Below, piece after piece: positions 13,398 to 27,492 of a DNA stretch of 64,000 nucleotides (the stretch's first letter is position 1; each line of letters opens with the position of its first letter). The translations under genes were made by a program, and so were the position numbers. The notes beneath the pieces were generated by a model. The model saw only the letters and a list, made by a program, of their open reading frames with translations. It had not been told where the DNA came from and did not search any database. This DNA is from Phoronis australis. Taxonomy: Eukaryota; Animalia; Phoronida. The DNA is taken from positions 699,633-763,632 of the forward strand of contig NMRA01000099.1 of assembly GCA_002633005.1 (NCBI GenBank), in the 5' to 3' direction.

Positions 13398-14212
13398 AGA
13401 GGCATGGAACAGGAAAAACACTAAATTGGGATATTCTGAGTGGTTCTCTGCCACTGAAACAATTCAACCTGCTCACCAGGTATTTTGAATTTCTGTTGAT
13501 GTCAAAACATTTTTCCTCTAGTTTCCAATTAAAAAAAAAAAACTATCTTCCAACTGCTTGCCATTTTGTCAATTTTCTCCCACAAGGCAAGACGTAGACC
13601 TAAAAAATTTGACCTTTGACCTTTGATGTAAACAAAACAATGACGACTTAAAGCGTCAGGCAGTCCGATAAAAGTCCTAACTGTTTGAAATTAATTATAA
13701 GGGCATCGTAGTATTGAAATATAGTGCCCTTGGAATTATTTTTAGAAAATTGCTTGCTTCACTGGCATGTCTTGTACTGTGCTGGTGACCTCTGGTTAGG
13801 AGTGCGCTGAGAAATAATCTCCCGTTAATATTCATCTTGGATACATGTTATCAAGGGCCTGAGCTGCAGGCTTGAAACGTTATGCTCAATTAACTAAATG
13901 TCTCCTAGGAAGTAACTTTTCTCCTTTGTCACAGGAGACAACGATGAACACTTGTCAGTTTGCTGTTTGTCGAATGGTTGTGAGCACACGCACGCATTTA
14001 TGTAGGTGGATGGGAGATTATAAACTTTATGGTGAATACACGACTACAGAGTTTTCCTTTGTGCGTATTTCAAAAATCATGAATTTTGTGATTTTTTGTG
14101 GAAATTAACTCACGAGAAAGTGAATAACTCTGTAGTAGATGTTGCAAGATGATACTTTAGTCAGGAATTGTTTAAAAGATATTTTTGATGAGGTTTCATG
14201 TTCCATGCCTCT
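13398..14212. mobile_element. Kolobok-type non-autonomous element
   Basis: Perfect 14-bp TIR AGAGGCATGGAACA / TGTTCCATGCCTCT; right flank TTAA, left flank degenerate. Confidence 0.7.
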
Positions 14213-15954
14213 TTAAGATGAAAAATTTCTGCAGCCATCCGTCAGTTAGTGTTCAGAATGGGGCTCTTTTAGAGCTTTTCACATTGCCGTTCTCGTGTAC
14301 AATTTAAATATTGGTGTTTCTGCAAAGCAGGGAAGAGTTTCTTCTATTGTAATGTTTTAGTTCTTGAGCGTAAATGCTTAATTGTGAAATAAATTGACTG
14401 GAAAGTTGAGGAGCTTTTATAGATGTGTATTTTCCGAGGTGGAAGGTTTTAGGTTTCTACTGCGAAACTCCTCAGCCGAGACATTTGTCGACATTTTGTA
14501 CGCGTTCTTGAAAATTAAATTGTCCTGCTCGTGCTGTTTTCCAGTTCTTGTAAAATTGAGAAAAATATGAGAAAACCTGTTAAACGTGCTGTCTACAGTT
14601 GTGAAAATGAGTGAAAATTTTGTTGTAAATATGTATGATGAACAGTTTAAATTGACACAAATTATATTTAGGGTTATTTTCAAATGATCTATTGTGTCTT
14701 ATGTGAATGCAACAAGAGTGATCATTGTGTTTAGTATTGGAAAATAGTTGCCAAGGATGAATACTGCGCGATTGTCTTGTATGCTTTAATTTAATGGCCT
14801 TTCCAGGTTGAGACACTGAAGGACGGTCACTTTTTTAACAAATAGTCACCACCAGCGGTCAGTCTTGACCAAATGACCCACCAGATAACACAGGGCCTGG
14901 ACACCATTTCTTACCAGAAAAACTCTAGGTCATACTTTGGTGGTAAGATCGAGAAGGGATAAATTCCATAATCATACTGCTTGTTGATGAGTTCAGTGGC
15001 ACACCCATGTCTAGTCAAGCACACCAAGGTTTGTTTTTCTCCTGAAGTCTTTCCCACTCTGTTTTTAGTATCGGATCAAATTAAGTCTACAGTTCCAAGT
15101 AATATAGCTTAATTCATTATTCTGGGTCAGATTCCCACTCTTAGCCAGTTGGAGTGGTACACTCTGAAAAAATGTCAAATTTCGTGTTCGGTGATTGGTC
15201 AATTTTTGTGGTGTCCTCTCCTGGGTGTTGGCTAAGAAAACGACGGATTGTTCACCAAAGTTCAGACAATCTGATAGTGGCAATTGCTTTACTTATTGTG
15301 TTAATATGTACAGGTCAGGAGCACTATCTACATCTACACGGCAGAATTACAAGGTTAATTTATTCTTTACTTATTTAGCACACAAAATAACCGACAAGTG
15401 AAATTTTATTTTGTCAAATTTCTCCATAAAAGAAAAGATTAATAACATTTTAGTCTATTACCAGCGTGGTTTGTTGTATGTGGGTGTCGTAAAACATAAT
15501 TTGGTTATAAGTTTGGAGCATTGGTAACAAGGTAGTTTTGAAAAATAGAAAAAAAAAACAATTTTGGCGATTAAAATTACAATTTTGGCGATTATTTTTG
15601 TGCGAAGTAAGTTGAGAATTACCATGGTTGGTGTCTGTGTAACTTAAGGGGCCAAGAATGTTCCAGAATACATTGGTCTGTGCCAAACTGAGTTGTGAGT
15701 AATAATTGTAGGTGTTAAAGTATCTAATGGGGGGTGGGGTTTCTGGTCAGTTGGGTACTTTTCATCCAAACAGCTCCGTCTTGTGAGCTGTCGTAGTTCA
15801 TTTTTATATAAAAAATACCAGAAATTTTGTTATGTGTATACAACGAGAATGGCTAGCCTCATTTGGTTCCTAAAATGATCAAATTGGGAACTTCACATTG
15901 TTTTGTTGAAGAATTGTTTGACATTATCACTGTGTATGGAACTGTTGTTGGTTC

Positions 15955-15960
15955 AATAAA
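15955..15960 (+). terminator. Candidate polyadenylation signal of gene 1
   Basis: AATAAA at the end of the long T-rich UTR-like tract; another candidate lies near 14388. Confidence 0.35.
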
Positions 15961-16882
15961 TGACTGAGACTTCAGACGTTGCTCTTATTCAAATGCAGGC
16001 AGTCATGTGCTGCCACCTAGGGGTTAAAACAAGACTTAGTTATAGATTTGTGATTTGCTATTATTTACTGTGAGTGTTCTCTTATGGGCATAAATGGGTT
16101 TGCTATCAACTTGGCTTTAACAACTAAGCATAAATGATTTTTTATTCATTGCCTGGCAAATTGTGGCATTTCAAACATTACTTTTGAGCCTTTGAGCAAC
16201 TTTTCAAAAAACAAGATCTTACTGGAAACTGATGCACCTGTTTCTTTTTAGTCAGTGAGCACAGGTCTCAAAATGAGTGGCCTGTTTCAAGAAATCTGAC
16301 TAGGCCGAGACTAATTTTAAGCTGAAGTCAGTTTTAAAATAAAACTTAAGTTAATCTTTAATCCATTTCGAGAGAGTGATGCAAGTTTGACTTAAAGATT
16401 CCGGTTTTACCTTACACAATTGACACCAATGAAGCATTAGCACGTGACAAAACGAGGACTGGTTGAAATCATCAAAACAGGGTTTAGTATACTTTTAAGT
16501 ACAAGGTGTTGTTTTACTTAAGGTGGAACCCTGGTTCTTGAATATGGTGAATTCACATTGCTTACATATGAGAATAGCCTAGATGAATGGAGTTCCTTGA
16601 CTGCACAGGAAGATTTACTGTTGATAAAAAGATTTTTTGCTCGCTTGAAGTATGCAACAACTGTGACTTGACCTCATTTGGCAATGCGTGGGACTTTAAT
16701 GTACAAAAAGATTTTCCAAATGCTAAGGGGTCAAATTACCTTGTTGGCTGATACACCCGTACATGTTACAAGTTGACATAAAGTCCGTGTCACATTTTTA
16801 TTAGCGCCCTCTACGAAAACCATTGTTTGGTTAATGTTTTGGGTTGAAAGCCTTTGTTTTGGGATTATGATGGATGAGTTAA

Positions 16883-17180
16883 AGTGGAACTTGCAGACTA
16901 TTGGTAATAACTTATGTCTGTGATTTCTAGGCCAAGTTACTTAGAAACACAACATATGACGATGATGTGGATATGAAGTGGGTTGAAAATTGCCAAATGT
17001 TTAAAGAAGAGTTTGTTTTGTGGTGAAAATGATCCACAGCAAACCACTGAACTGTGTCCAGTAAATATCGTGACGTGGTGCTAGGGAATAACGCTGCACA
17101 ATGCGGCCTATGTGAGCCAGCGAGGTACGTCATTAGTGCAAAGGTCACCTATTTGCAGAATTTTTTGTTGTCACGTGCAT
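16883..17180 (+). mobile_element. Kolobok-type element end (family copy 1)
   Basis: TTAA|AGTGGAACTTGC start; aligns over ~290 bp to the reverse complement of 38895-39182. Confidence 0.75.
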
Positions 17181-17440
17181 TTTTTAGTTTAGATTGCGTT
17201 AAACTAGGACTGTCGTTTAGTTCCTGCTATACTAGGGAGCATGCAAGCACACTTTCAAGGTCCCTAATTGCCGGTATACATGGTGAAAAAATGGACTGCT
17301 TGGAGTTCATTGATAGCATCATCAGGAAGATTGACTCTTGCTAAATTGATTTCTTCTAGATGGAAGTGAATGAGATTTTAGCTCTATTGCTGCTGGAGTC
17401 TAAGATGATTTTGATGAGTGTACGAAAAAACAAACTTGTA

Positions 17441-18484
17441 CCCGGGGGTCATTGCTATATCATGGGGTAAATGTTCAGTTCTTAGGGCAAATAATCAATT
17501 CGTAAGGCAACAAGGTTGAGAAAATTTGACAGCTGCTGAGGGAATGAGGGAAAGTTGACATGAATGTAAATGATATCTCACCAGCTCCCAATGTTGCAGC
17601 TTTAGATTAATCCCTTTTGGTGTGCTTCAAGTATCAGTGTGCCTTGTACTTTGTTTGTTATTTACAATCTGTTAAACCATTGTATAGTATACCCACTGTC
17701 TCTGGTACTGTTGAATTGCATTTGTACAATAGAAACACTGCAAGGAATGCATTCAATTAACTCCCTATTGATCCCTCTAACCACACTGGAATCCCTCACT
17801 TTGACTACCTGAAAAACTAATGACCAGGGAATGGGATATTCAGCCTTGGATTAGATATTTATTGGGTATGGTAATTCTTCAGTCACTGTGCACCTGGGAG
17901 ATTCTAAATTATTGATGGGGGGGGGGGGGCCACTAGAAAATTAGNGGGGGGTGCCACTAGAAAATTAGAAACGAACTTAAAAAAAAGAACCCACAAAAAT
18001 ACAATTAATACGCTTATGGAGACTCCTAGAATGACCCGAAGGGTCCGCTGACCACGGAGCCACCAGAGAATAAAAAAATAGTGTTACAGATAATCAGAAT
18101 TACAAAATTAGGTGATAATGTAATTTAAAACTCCTTGTAAAAAGACTAGAAGAGATTATCGAAAATAGTTACACACAAAGCAGTTGGGAATAGTACACTC
18201 AAGTTCATAACTTTCAAAACAAATGTTCTTAACAGAGGATAACAAATGGGTAAAAATAGATTCCCTGGATAGCTGTTTTTAATCCACTAAGCCAGAAACA
18301 GTATAAGAAGATATGCCATGTTATCAAAAATGTTTTGAAATCTTTTGTAGGGAATTTTGTCAGAAAAGGAGCCCTTTCTTAGGGAATACTGCCGAAAAGG
18401 CACCTTTTTGCATAGAAACATATGAAAAAGTCAATCATCTGACCAGCACATCCTGTATTCCCCTTCTAAGGGTGCACCCTTGGG
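17441..18484. mobile_element. Degenerate CCCGGG-terminated non-autonomous DNA transposon (EnSpm/CMC-like); ends tentative
   Basis: Left cccgggggtc..., right ...gcacatcctgtattcccc...gtgcacccttggg. Confidence 0.3.
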
Positions 18485-18949
18485 TTGCGCACAGAATTAA
18501 TTTCCAAAATTGTTATTCTGTTTTGAAAATCCAAATACCAATTCCTTGCTGTATTGTTTTATGGTACAGTACAGTACAAATATGCAATTTAGATCGAGTA
18601 AAAATTTCTTAATGTTTATTTTTTGTCAGCCATATTGTGTACTGAACAAGTAAAAAAGTATTGGTTATTGCAATAAAAATGAGGATTAAAGTTGTTCATA
18701 CACATAAAAGTACTTTTGAAATCAATTTTATAAATATTACAAAAACGTGTTTCAATACTGAACAACCAGCATGTACATATTCAGATAAACAAAATATTTT
18801 GGATCAGAACAGCCACCTCATATTTTCATTGCAAATGGTACGTCATCAAAGAGCACGTACTAATATTGAAAATATAGTTCTTTCTCGATGCTTTGCAAAG
18901 GGTTATACATTCACCCCTACCTTCATCATCGGTGCCTCCCTTCATCAAT

Positions 18950-18985
18950 GCCCCCTCCGCCTCGCCCCTCCCTCCCAATCAGGTA
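18950..18985 (+). promoter_or_regulatory. Candidate promoter elements (GC boxes plus CCAAT)
   Basis: cccctccgcctcgcccctcctcccaatc in otherwise AT-rich DNA, upstream of the candidate UTR exon. Confidence 0.25.
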
Positions 18986-19600
18986 ATTTAGCCTCATTCA
19001 ACCCAATTCATACCCTTCACCTCACCCCAGTGTGCGTGTGTGCGTGTGTGTGAGAGGCTACTCGGGGTCTCCTTCGGTAACTAAACAAACAATGACCGAC
19101 TGTTAATGGACTGAAAAAAGGTGCGCAAGGACCAGTATCAATGCTTAGTACACTTGGCAAAAATAACAGTTCTCCTATGGCTTCAGGTTAAATCACATTG
19201 TTGAAACAGTTGGTGAAATAGTTGACAGTGTAGTTACACCAACTGCTGTGGGAATTATTATACAAATAATTACAGTGCCACTGTATTATAGCTGTGTTTA
19301 GAATAGCTTTCAATAGTATTTGTCCAGCTTTTGTGTCCTAATAAAGTGATATAAAGTTATATTAACCTAAGAAGTGTGCCCATGTGTTTAGAATAATATT
19401 TAATACTAGTTCACTCTTTTTAATTGTGGCTTGAACCCACAGCCCACTTTTCAAACTATATGCGTTCATTCAAGCCTGTTCATACCATACTGAGTGCTGA
19501 CACACGACCTAGGCCTTATCAAAAAATCAAAAAATTACATAGCTCAAAACAACTGTCAACATTGCATACTTGCGCTAAGTAGTCTCTATTATTTCTTCAG

Positions 19601-19828
19601 ATTGTATCTAGATTTGTGTATGAGAATGGGTATAAGGAGCTTTGTAATGCCCAATTGTGCAGACCATTTCATGTGTACTAAATTTTAGAACAGTTGGGTG
19701 CAAAGTTTAATACTAGCCAATAATAACAGAGCTGGCAGTTCCTAACCCAAGCATCACAGTGCATCACAACTGACTGAGGGTACCAGCCTTGGCTAACTGG
19801 TATGGCATAAGTCTACCTTTATTCACAG
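19601..19828 (+). other. Candidate non-coding 5' UTR exon of the Dlish-like gene
   Basis: Good acceptor (ctattatttcttcag|) and strong donor (CAG|gtaaga). Coding exon 1 has an acceptor upstream of its ATG, so a 5' UTR exon is expected. Confidence 0.35.
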
Positions 19829-22800
19829 GTAAGAACGTTCTAACATATTTTTCTTGTACATTGATTTCATTTGTGAAATTTACATACAATCAGCTTTTAA
19901 GTTTTAAACAACTGTAAACTGAATAGGACGATCATCATTAAGTTTCTTGTATTTTCAATTTACAATAAGCTAGAATTAGAATTATTTGTCAATAGTTGAA
20001 GTTTCTCAAAATTATCAAAATAAAGAGTACAGTAACCAGTTAGTTCCAGGCTCTATGAAATTTGTTGCAACCCTTATGAAGATGATTGAAGTGATTTGTG
20101 ACGATTACATCTGTTTTTTCTTCCGTGATTCATTATTTTTTGAGAGTATACTCGATGCATAACATACCGCGCGTGACAAGTCAATTTGTAGAGCACGCAT
20201 TCATTTAATTCTTTCAAACATGTCAAAGCCCTGACATCTCCCGTCCAATTTGACTAAGGAACAATTTGAGACCAATTTCATAACAGCAAGTGGTCTAAAA
20301 CAAAATCTGGATGCTTCTTGTGATGGAAGGTGGGTTTGTAGTTGCTCTTAGTCTACATGAAAAGTGATCTGCTTAATGCAAATTTGCATGACATTGTGTC
20401 ACAACTAGCTAGTTTAAAAACAGTGCCAGTCAAATGCGTAACCCAGGTAATACACAAACTCAAATGATGCTAGAGTGACCTTTTTTCCATAACTTTAAGC
20501 GGTTAGTCCCACATTTGCTTGTTTGTACCATTACTGTAAGTGGGGAGGAGAATGTGCTTCGAGTTTTTCGAACTGAGATGCAAAGATTAAGTAGCTGGGA
20601 AAAATCTGGATACCTTTAACACCTAACAACCACTGTGATCTCACTGCAATGAGCCCCGAGTATAGGGCTACTCCGAACCTCTCCTCCCTGAAAAGATCCA
20701 TTCAGAAATATCCAAAAGTGTTTAAAAGTTTGGAGTCTTGTATATGAACAGGGCAAGGTAGGGGGTGATCCTCATTTCTTGGCTCTGACATGTCACAAAA
20801 GTTGACCTGAACCCCCTTCTGTGCATGGTTACAGTTGACCAAGACAATGCTAAATCAATGATATGTAATTACAACAAGAACGTCTGTTGTTCATTATTGA
20901 TTTGGTTGTGCACAACAGCAAATGGACCAAAAAATATCCGTATTTCCAAGTTATTGATAATGGGACATAACTAAGTACATAGAAAGGACTGTGTATCTTT
21001 TCTTGTCCATGCAGGGGGATTTTCATGGGGCCAGGAAGAGTTAAGTAGCAAGGGGGTTAACTTGGTGCAGGCAGATGTACTACATGAAAGTACTTCATGG
21101 AGTGACACTTGGTGAAGTTAACTGAAGTAGGACACTCTATCTAGTACATGTCAGTTTCGTGCACATTATGATGAAAAATGCAGGTTTTAGAAGCATTCGT
21201 GTGAGTTTTTGAAAACAAAATAGCTACCATCTCTACAATACTGAATGTGATTATGACAAAAAACAAAAGGTTTCAAGCATTTTAAGAGACATATGCTGTG
21301 TGAAAATTTCAAGGTGATCAAATTAAAATGTGACCTGTATAGGATGAACAAAGAAGCAAAAAACATAAAACTTTATGGTCAAGTAAGGAACTTGACTTTT
21401 GCCAAGTAATCATGTCTTGTCATAATTTACTAAACATGCACAAAGAAAGCAACAATGCTAATTGACATTAATTAAGCTGGAGTTCTCTGATTGGTTAAAA
21501 GCACAGATGTCATTAGCAAAAGCAAAGACTTAGGTTTATTATTTGATAAAAACTTCTGGGAAATGCAATCTGGTAGATTTGAAGATTCCTACACTTCTGG
21601 GGTGGAAACTTTCCAGATTGCTAAACTTTACACAAGACTCGACAATAAAATCAATATATCACTTCGAGTGAAATGAATACTGGTGAAGCGCCGCACAATA
21701 TTCGTCAATTTTCGAGTCGAGTCTCTAGTAAACTTGGGTGGGTCATGAGTAGAATAATTAGAAAAACAACAATCACAGAAAGAGACAGTTAACATATTCA
21801 ACTTTGCCACTGAAAGCCTATAAATATGGAAAAAAACAATTACGGTGATAATTTTTGTTCAACAAGCTCATTGCAACATTTTAATTCGTTTGCTAGGACA
21901 CAAAAAGTGAGCAAATCTCTGTGTAGTGTCAATAAAAAGCGTTTTTGACATGATACCAGCACCATATAACCTTTTCAGCGTTAAGATCCAGTATCAAACG
22001 GGAAACACAGTTTAAATTTCAAAGTAAATTAGATGTATTTGCCTGCAGCTAAAAAGAATCATATGTCAAATGTAAAGATGACATTGACAAAAACCTGGTA
22101 GTAAAAGTGCACAGAATCCAATTGACTTTCCACAACTAACAAACAGTTAGCACACTCCTAACAACATGTAAAGCTATTACACACAGGATGTGTATTTCCG
22201 AGGCCTGGGGGAGAGGGCTAAACATATCACTTAAGAAAAATATCTCACAAATAGTGTCCACAAAACCCAATTGTAAAAATGCAGAAGTTAATTGACTTCT
22301 TCTACAGTTGACAAACATTAGGTCCAGTGCTGGCATAAACCTTTGGTTGTCAACACCTTGGTTTGGCAGAGGCCACCTTCATTCACTGTAGATTACAATA
22401 ATCTTCAAGTGCTAAGGGGCTCCTGGTCCCTGAAGGACCCTAAGCAGCCACTTATTTCTCCAGCCATGAAGCTCCACCCTCATAACATAGTAAAGTATAT
22501 TAGAAGCAACAGATGAATTTAACGCAGGCTGTCAGAACCTCTTTTATTTATTTTTTTGATTTTGAAGGCCCAACACAGATTGAAAGTTATTTGTGACTGA
22601 CGAAGAATAGATAGTTCCACTAACTCAGTACCCAAGACTATGCTCAAGAAAACCTCCATTCTTTTCTAACCCAGAAATCACTCAATTCTCACGTGAGTGA
22701 GGAACAAGTCAAGACTATTTTCATAATAAGTGGTGACTACGGTATAACAAAAGTTCTTCTTTAGGTAGGCGTGCACATAACAGGATCACCAGAGACAGAC

Positions 22801-25669
22801 ATCTCACAATTTCACCAGGGAAAGTTCTCCTGATGATCACAATCAAACATGGCATCATTTGACTAATATTTATTTGAATAACAAAAAACAAAGATAGATG
22901 TCAGTGTTAATACTAACTAAACACATGTTCAACAATGGTGGTTGTTGTATGCGTATTTACACACAGGTAAGCTTGATGTTGCTATAGTTCTACAGTGTGT
23001 GGGTTGATAGGATTATGGAATTGTGGGAATGAGACACTTAAGTACACTGATAGCTTTCACATCTTACAAATGGACGACTCGATATTCCCAAGGCGGAGTT
23101 AATAAATAAAGGTCCCTCTTTTTGACATTTGAATAGATTCATTGATTGCCATTTACTTGGTAAACCAACAGTATCGCATTATCTTACTTAGACCAGTCCG
23201 GTCAGATTATCTCCATCAGATGCAGTATTCACTGAAGAAAAAAAAACATGACATTGCCTTATAATGTCAGACATCAAAAGCAATGCCAAGCGACTATTTA
23301 TGCGAACTTCTTCTTATTCTGCCACCTTTTCTAGTAAATTGTCCCTTTGTCAAACTATTTTTGAGCGGACTCACAAGATGTTGTTGCCACAACATGTCGT
23401 TGGACAGTTCGTGTGAGCCAACTCCTGGATGAGACAGTCTCGCCACCTGTTGACTGGATTGTTTGCAGAAAGCAGTTCGCCAGCACAGCGACGTTCATGT
23501 TACAAAGGAACCGTGCGATTAACCTGAAGGCAGGCATTACTATGGGAAGATTCTTTGATTTTCTTGTGACACTTCGTGAATCTTAAGTTCTCCAGTAACA
23601 CACTCCCACAAAAAAGCAGTTTTATGTACTTAACAAATTGAATCAGGGTTCACCTAATGCTATTTCTATATTGGAAATTCACTTTAGGCGAACTATTGAG
23701 ACTCAAAGTGTGCCTGAAACATTTAGTAAAAATCAGAAGGTTTATGTAAGGTTGGTCTCAATGATTTGCCTCAGGCCAATATCAATTACACTGATAGCAG
23801 ATTCATGTTAGGTAAAATCTCACCAATTAGGGACAGAATATAGCAAACAGGTGAAAATTTTTTCACTCTTTCGCAAATGTTATGCAGTACCAGAATGAGG
23901 CTATATCCAAGTTCTGTACTGCAGATACTAACAGACAAAATTTTAAAACTTTGTGTTAGAAGGCTTTGAAGATGGAAAATAATGCTGGCAATTATTTTTT
24001 TTCTGAAATTAGCGACATTTCACCGTATTGTTTGTGAGGCCTGTGGGAGGATCTCATCTAAAGCTACCACAAGTTATAACTTTATTATTTCTAGTTTTAT
24101 TTTTTGAAATCTAATTGTGGACATTTATACACAATACAGAGAAAGTTAACAAACGGTAACACAAAAATAGGTAGTTTCAGTGAAGTCGAAAGCCTCCAAC
24201 AGCATTACAGAATGCCACGAAGGCTGACATTCACTGAACCTGTCAGTAGAAAATATCAGGTATAGTATTTGACAAACAGTCTGTTGGTCTGAATCTGATT
24301 GTTGCTCATACATTAAACTTGGGTTAATATCTAAAGACTTCACCAATCCGCAGTTCCCAGTACTTCTTTTAGAATGTACACACCTGTCCTTGGCTCGTAG
24401 TCACCCATCGAAAATGTATGCCAGCTTATAACGCCCCTGGCCTCAAAATTACATAGCATGTGAATACTATGCCCCCAGCAAATGTTACGACACAAAAGTA
24501 TAATGATTCCAATTACAAACATGAAGTGGGTCATTTCTTAACTAATCCACGTCTTTTTGAAATCAAATGTTTGAGTACAAAGCACTGAACTTTTTGTAGA
24601 GGCTATGGAATTTATTACATAAGCCAAATATTGAAACACCATCTTAAGTTTCCCAAATACCTGGTAATCCAGGTGTATAATCCTGTATCCCAATCTTTTG
24701 ATTGACACACATTATACCTAGACCATAGGTTTATCCTCCCACTTAGAACCACTTAACACTATATTGTGATCACCCATTGTTTGATAAGTGTCCCTTTGCA
24801 ACCGAGGATGGGTAATTGGGATTGCACACAGAATACCTAAATGGTTGAAGTAGTAGCTAGTTGTGTCAAATTTAGGTTAGTTTTCACACCAATTGTCAAT
24901 CATATATAAATGTTATCTCGCAGACCATGGGAACATGGACACAGATGACATAGTGGCAATATCTCTGTCAAATGATTGGGTTAATTTCTCAAGGGCAAGC
25001 AGATCTACAACTCCTGCAGTCGGGTCAGGGGGGGGGTTATGCCCAATAAATAACTTACCTCACCAAAATACTTTGCTGATGTTATAACACCCCAACCTGA
25101 ACGAATAATCTGCTGCCACTATCACCTCAAACTTGCAAGCAGTTGTAGGAGTAAGCTAAACAAAACTCTTAAAATGTCGTGGATGGAGGGATTTCAGGAG
25201 CTGAAGTTCTAGGTTGAAACACATATTACAAACACTTAAAAATACAATAAAAATAAATATGCAACTGCCAGTGAGTGAAATAGCTGAGCGCATATAACCA
25301 GACATGTAAAAGTCAAGATTTTGAAAATTTTAACAGTGCACCCAACCTAAATTTGACCTTGAAGTTGACTGATATGATAAGGCTTGGCATGAGATGAAAT
25401 AGGAAGTTGCTATTAAAATTCAATATATAACAAAATTCTCGTACATTTTAATTTGATTTGATTTCTTTAAAAACACATAAAAGATTGGACCCGAGAAATT
25501 GTCTTAATTTGCCATCAGAAAGGCCCAACATATTTACACAACAGGTATAATCTTGAAATACCATAAAACAATTTGCTTTGAGGGTGTAAATGACATTGGT
25601 AAACAGATTTGTAAAAATTGTTTGTAAAGGATTTTTGAAAAGCAGACGAGAGCATGACATGTTTTCTGC

Positions 25670-25855
25670 GTCACACATCTTCATTCTGGAGTAAATGTGA
25701 AGTCACACATATTTATTCTGGAGAAATGTGAAGTCACACATCTTCATTCTGGAGTAAATGTGAAGTCACACATCTTTATTCTGGAGAAATGTAGTCACAC
25801 ATATTTATTCTGGAGAAATGTGAAGTCACACATATTTATTCTGGAGAAATGTGAA
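25670..25855. repeat. 31-32 bp minisatellite, ~6 copies
   Basis: gtcacacat(c/a)tt(c/t)attctggag(t)aaatgtgaa head-to-tail, no spacers. Confidence 0.95.
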
Positions 25856-26439
25856 ATTAAAAGGATAGAAGACACTTACAATGCTTCCGCATTTTGAAAA
25901 CCAGTTTTCTTCACAGAAGAAGTAACGGGTGTCAAAGTGCTTCTCAAAATGCGAGACCCTTGCAAGTGACTATTGTCGAGAGCACAATGGCATGAGCACA
26001 GACTTTTTTCAAAGCTTATTTCAAGAACAACTGGGAGAACTTTGGATTCCTAAAAAGGCACCTTGCCAGGCTCAATTTAGCTGTAAATATTGTTTTTTAA
26101 TTGAAGAGTTTTGGGATTTAAAAACATTACCACGCTTATACAGTTGTGCATTGTGGCCAAGTGAGCTGGCAACTGAAGTACATGCGACATTTTCGAGTTG
26201 ACCAACCCCGATAAAATCTGAAGCGTTTTCTTGAGTAAATGATAGTTTCCATGTCCTAGCTGCTGAGAGAAATAGAATCCTATCATGGCAATGAATATTA
26301 TGAGAATGATTTCATGAGAGTAAACACCCTTATCCCATTTTTGTTTTTAGCCAGTTAAACATGGTGAAATGCAAACTGTGAATAAGTAAAGGCGCATTTT
26401 GCCCTGCTTGCTGACTAAAAAACAAATTTGTTTAGACAT

Positions 26440-26640
26440 TTTGCTCCCATGAAATAGGTCTCATAATATTCCTTACTGTGATGAGATTCTGTTTCCGTAA
26501 CCGACAAGAACATCCAAACCATCAGTAACTTTACGATTCAGAGCTTATTTGGGTTGGCCAACCCTAAAATTGCATATTCGAAAATGAAGCGTGTATGTAC
26601 TGCTTGTCGTGACATGGGTTGCCAGCTCATTCAGCAACAA
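26440..26640 (+). mobile_element. Dispersed MITE-like repeat family, copy 1
   Basis: Shares gattc...accaacaagaacat, ttatt(g)ggttggccaacc and aatggcgcatgta-like blocks with 47455-47650 and 53530-53765. Confidence 0.55.
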
Positions 26641-27437
26641 TCCAAAATCGGATAAGGGTGGTAATGTTTGTAATCTAAAAGGCGCTCCGGTTAATGATAC
26701 CTAAGCTACAGTGAAATACATGTACTATAAACCGAGTGCCATATGTAAAACATTATGTCAAGCCAAAATTACCAACTTCAAAGAAGGTAAGATTAATCAA
26801 ATTCTATTCATTTAAAATATCTGTATTTGAGAAGGCCTTCATGCTTGTAGATGAAATCATTAAGAGTACAATTCAGCCAGTGTTCCGCAATTTTGAGATA
26901 AAAATGAAAGAAATGATCATCATTGAGTTTCAAATACTTCATTGGACTCTGGCCATTCATCACAATAAAGGCTTATGATTCAGGGTTCTCACTGAGCTAC
27001 AAAAATTAATGAAAATACAGAATTTGAACATTTGGCAGATCTGCAAAGTACAAAAATCCAGTTGAATGAACAGAACTGATGTTGATAAATGGCCAAACAT
27101 TATTGCCAGAACTAAGGTGTCACATGGAAACACAAGACCAGCTCATTCAACTCTCCTCAATGGAACACAAAACCCCATTTGTTTGTTTATAGCAAACACA
27201 GAAAGAAAATCACAAAATCAACATAGCACTTAAGTAGTCCCATTACACAGATACAATAAAATACCCAAGCATGTGTGTATGTTTATAGTTATACACAAAG
27301 AATATTAAACAATAACCAAATATTTCTCAATACACATATTAAGTTGACCTGTTGGTTGTGTGTCAAGAAAAAGTCAATCAAGTATATTTTATGGTCTTTT
27401 CAGCAATCTTTGCTACCTGTAGTGAAGGAAACACAAA

Positions 27438-27492
27438 ATGGCACATCTGTGCTCAGCTTACCTTGGAAAAAAGAAGACTTTCGCTCAAATGG
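27438..27492 (+). CDS. Dlish-like coding exon 1 (MAHLCSAYLGKKKTFAQM)
   Basis: Acceptor tcttttcag| at 27403; donor ATGG|gtaagc, phase 1. Confidence 0.8.

Noticed and set aside
16927-17148. ORF similar to part of ORF 38866-39186 (MTFALMTYL / MTFALLTYL), suggesting paralogous genes
   Set aside because: The similarity comes from two copies of a non-coding transposon end, and it extends beyond the reading frames.
25670-25855. 31-32 bp repeats of CRISPR-like length
   Set aside because: Units are contiguous with no unique spacers, there are no cas genes, and the context is eukaryotic; it is a minisatellite.
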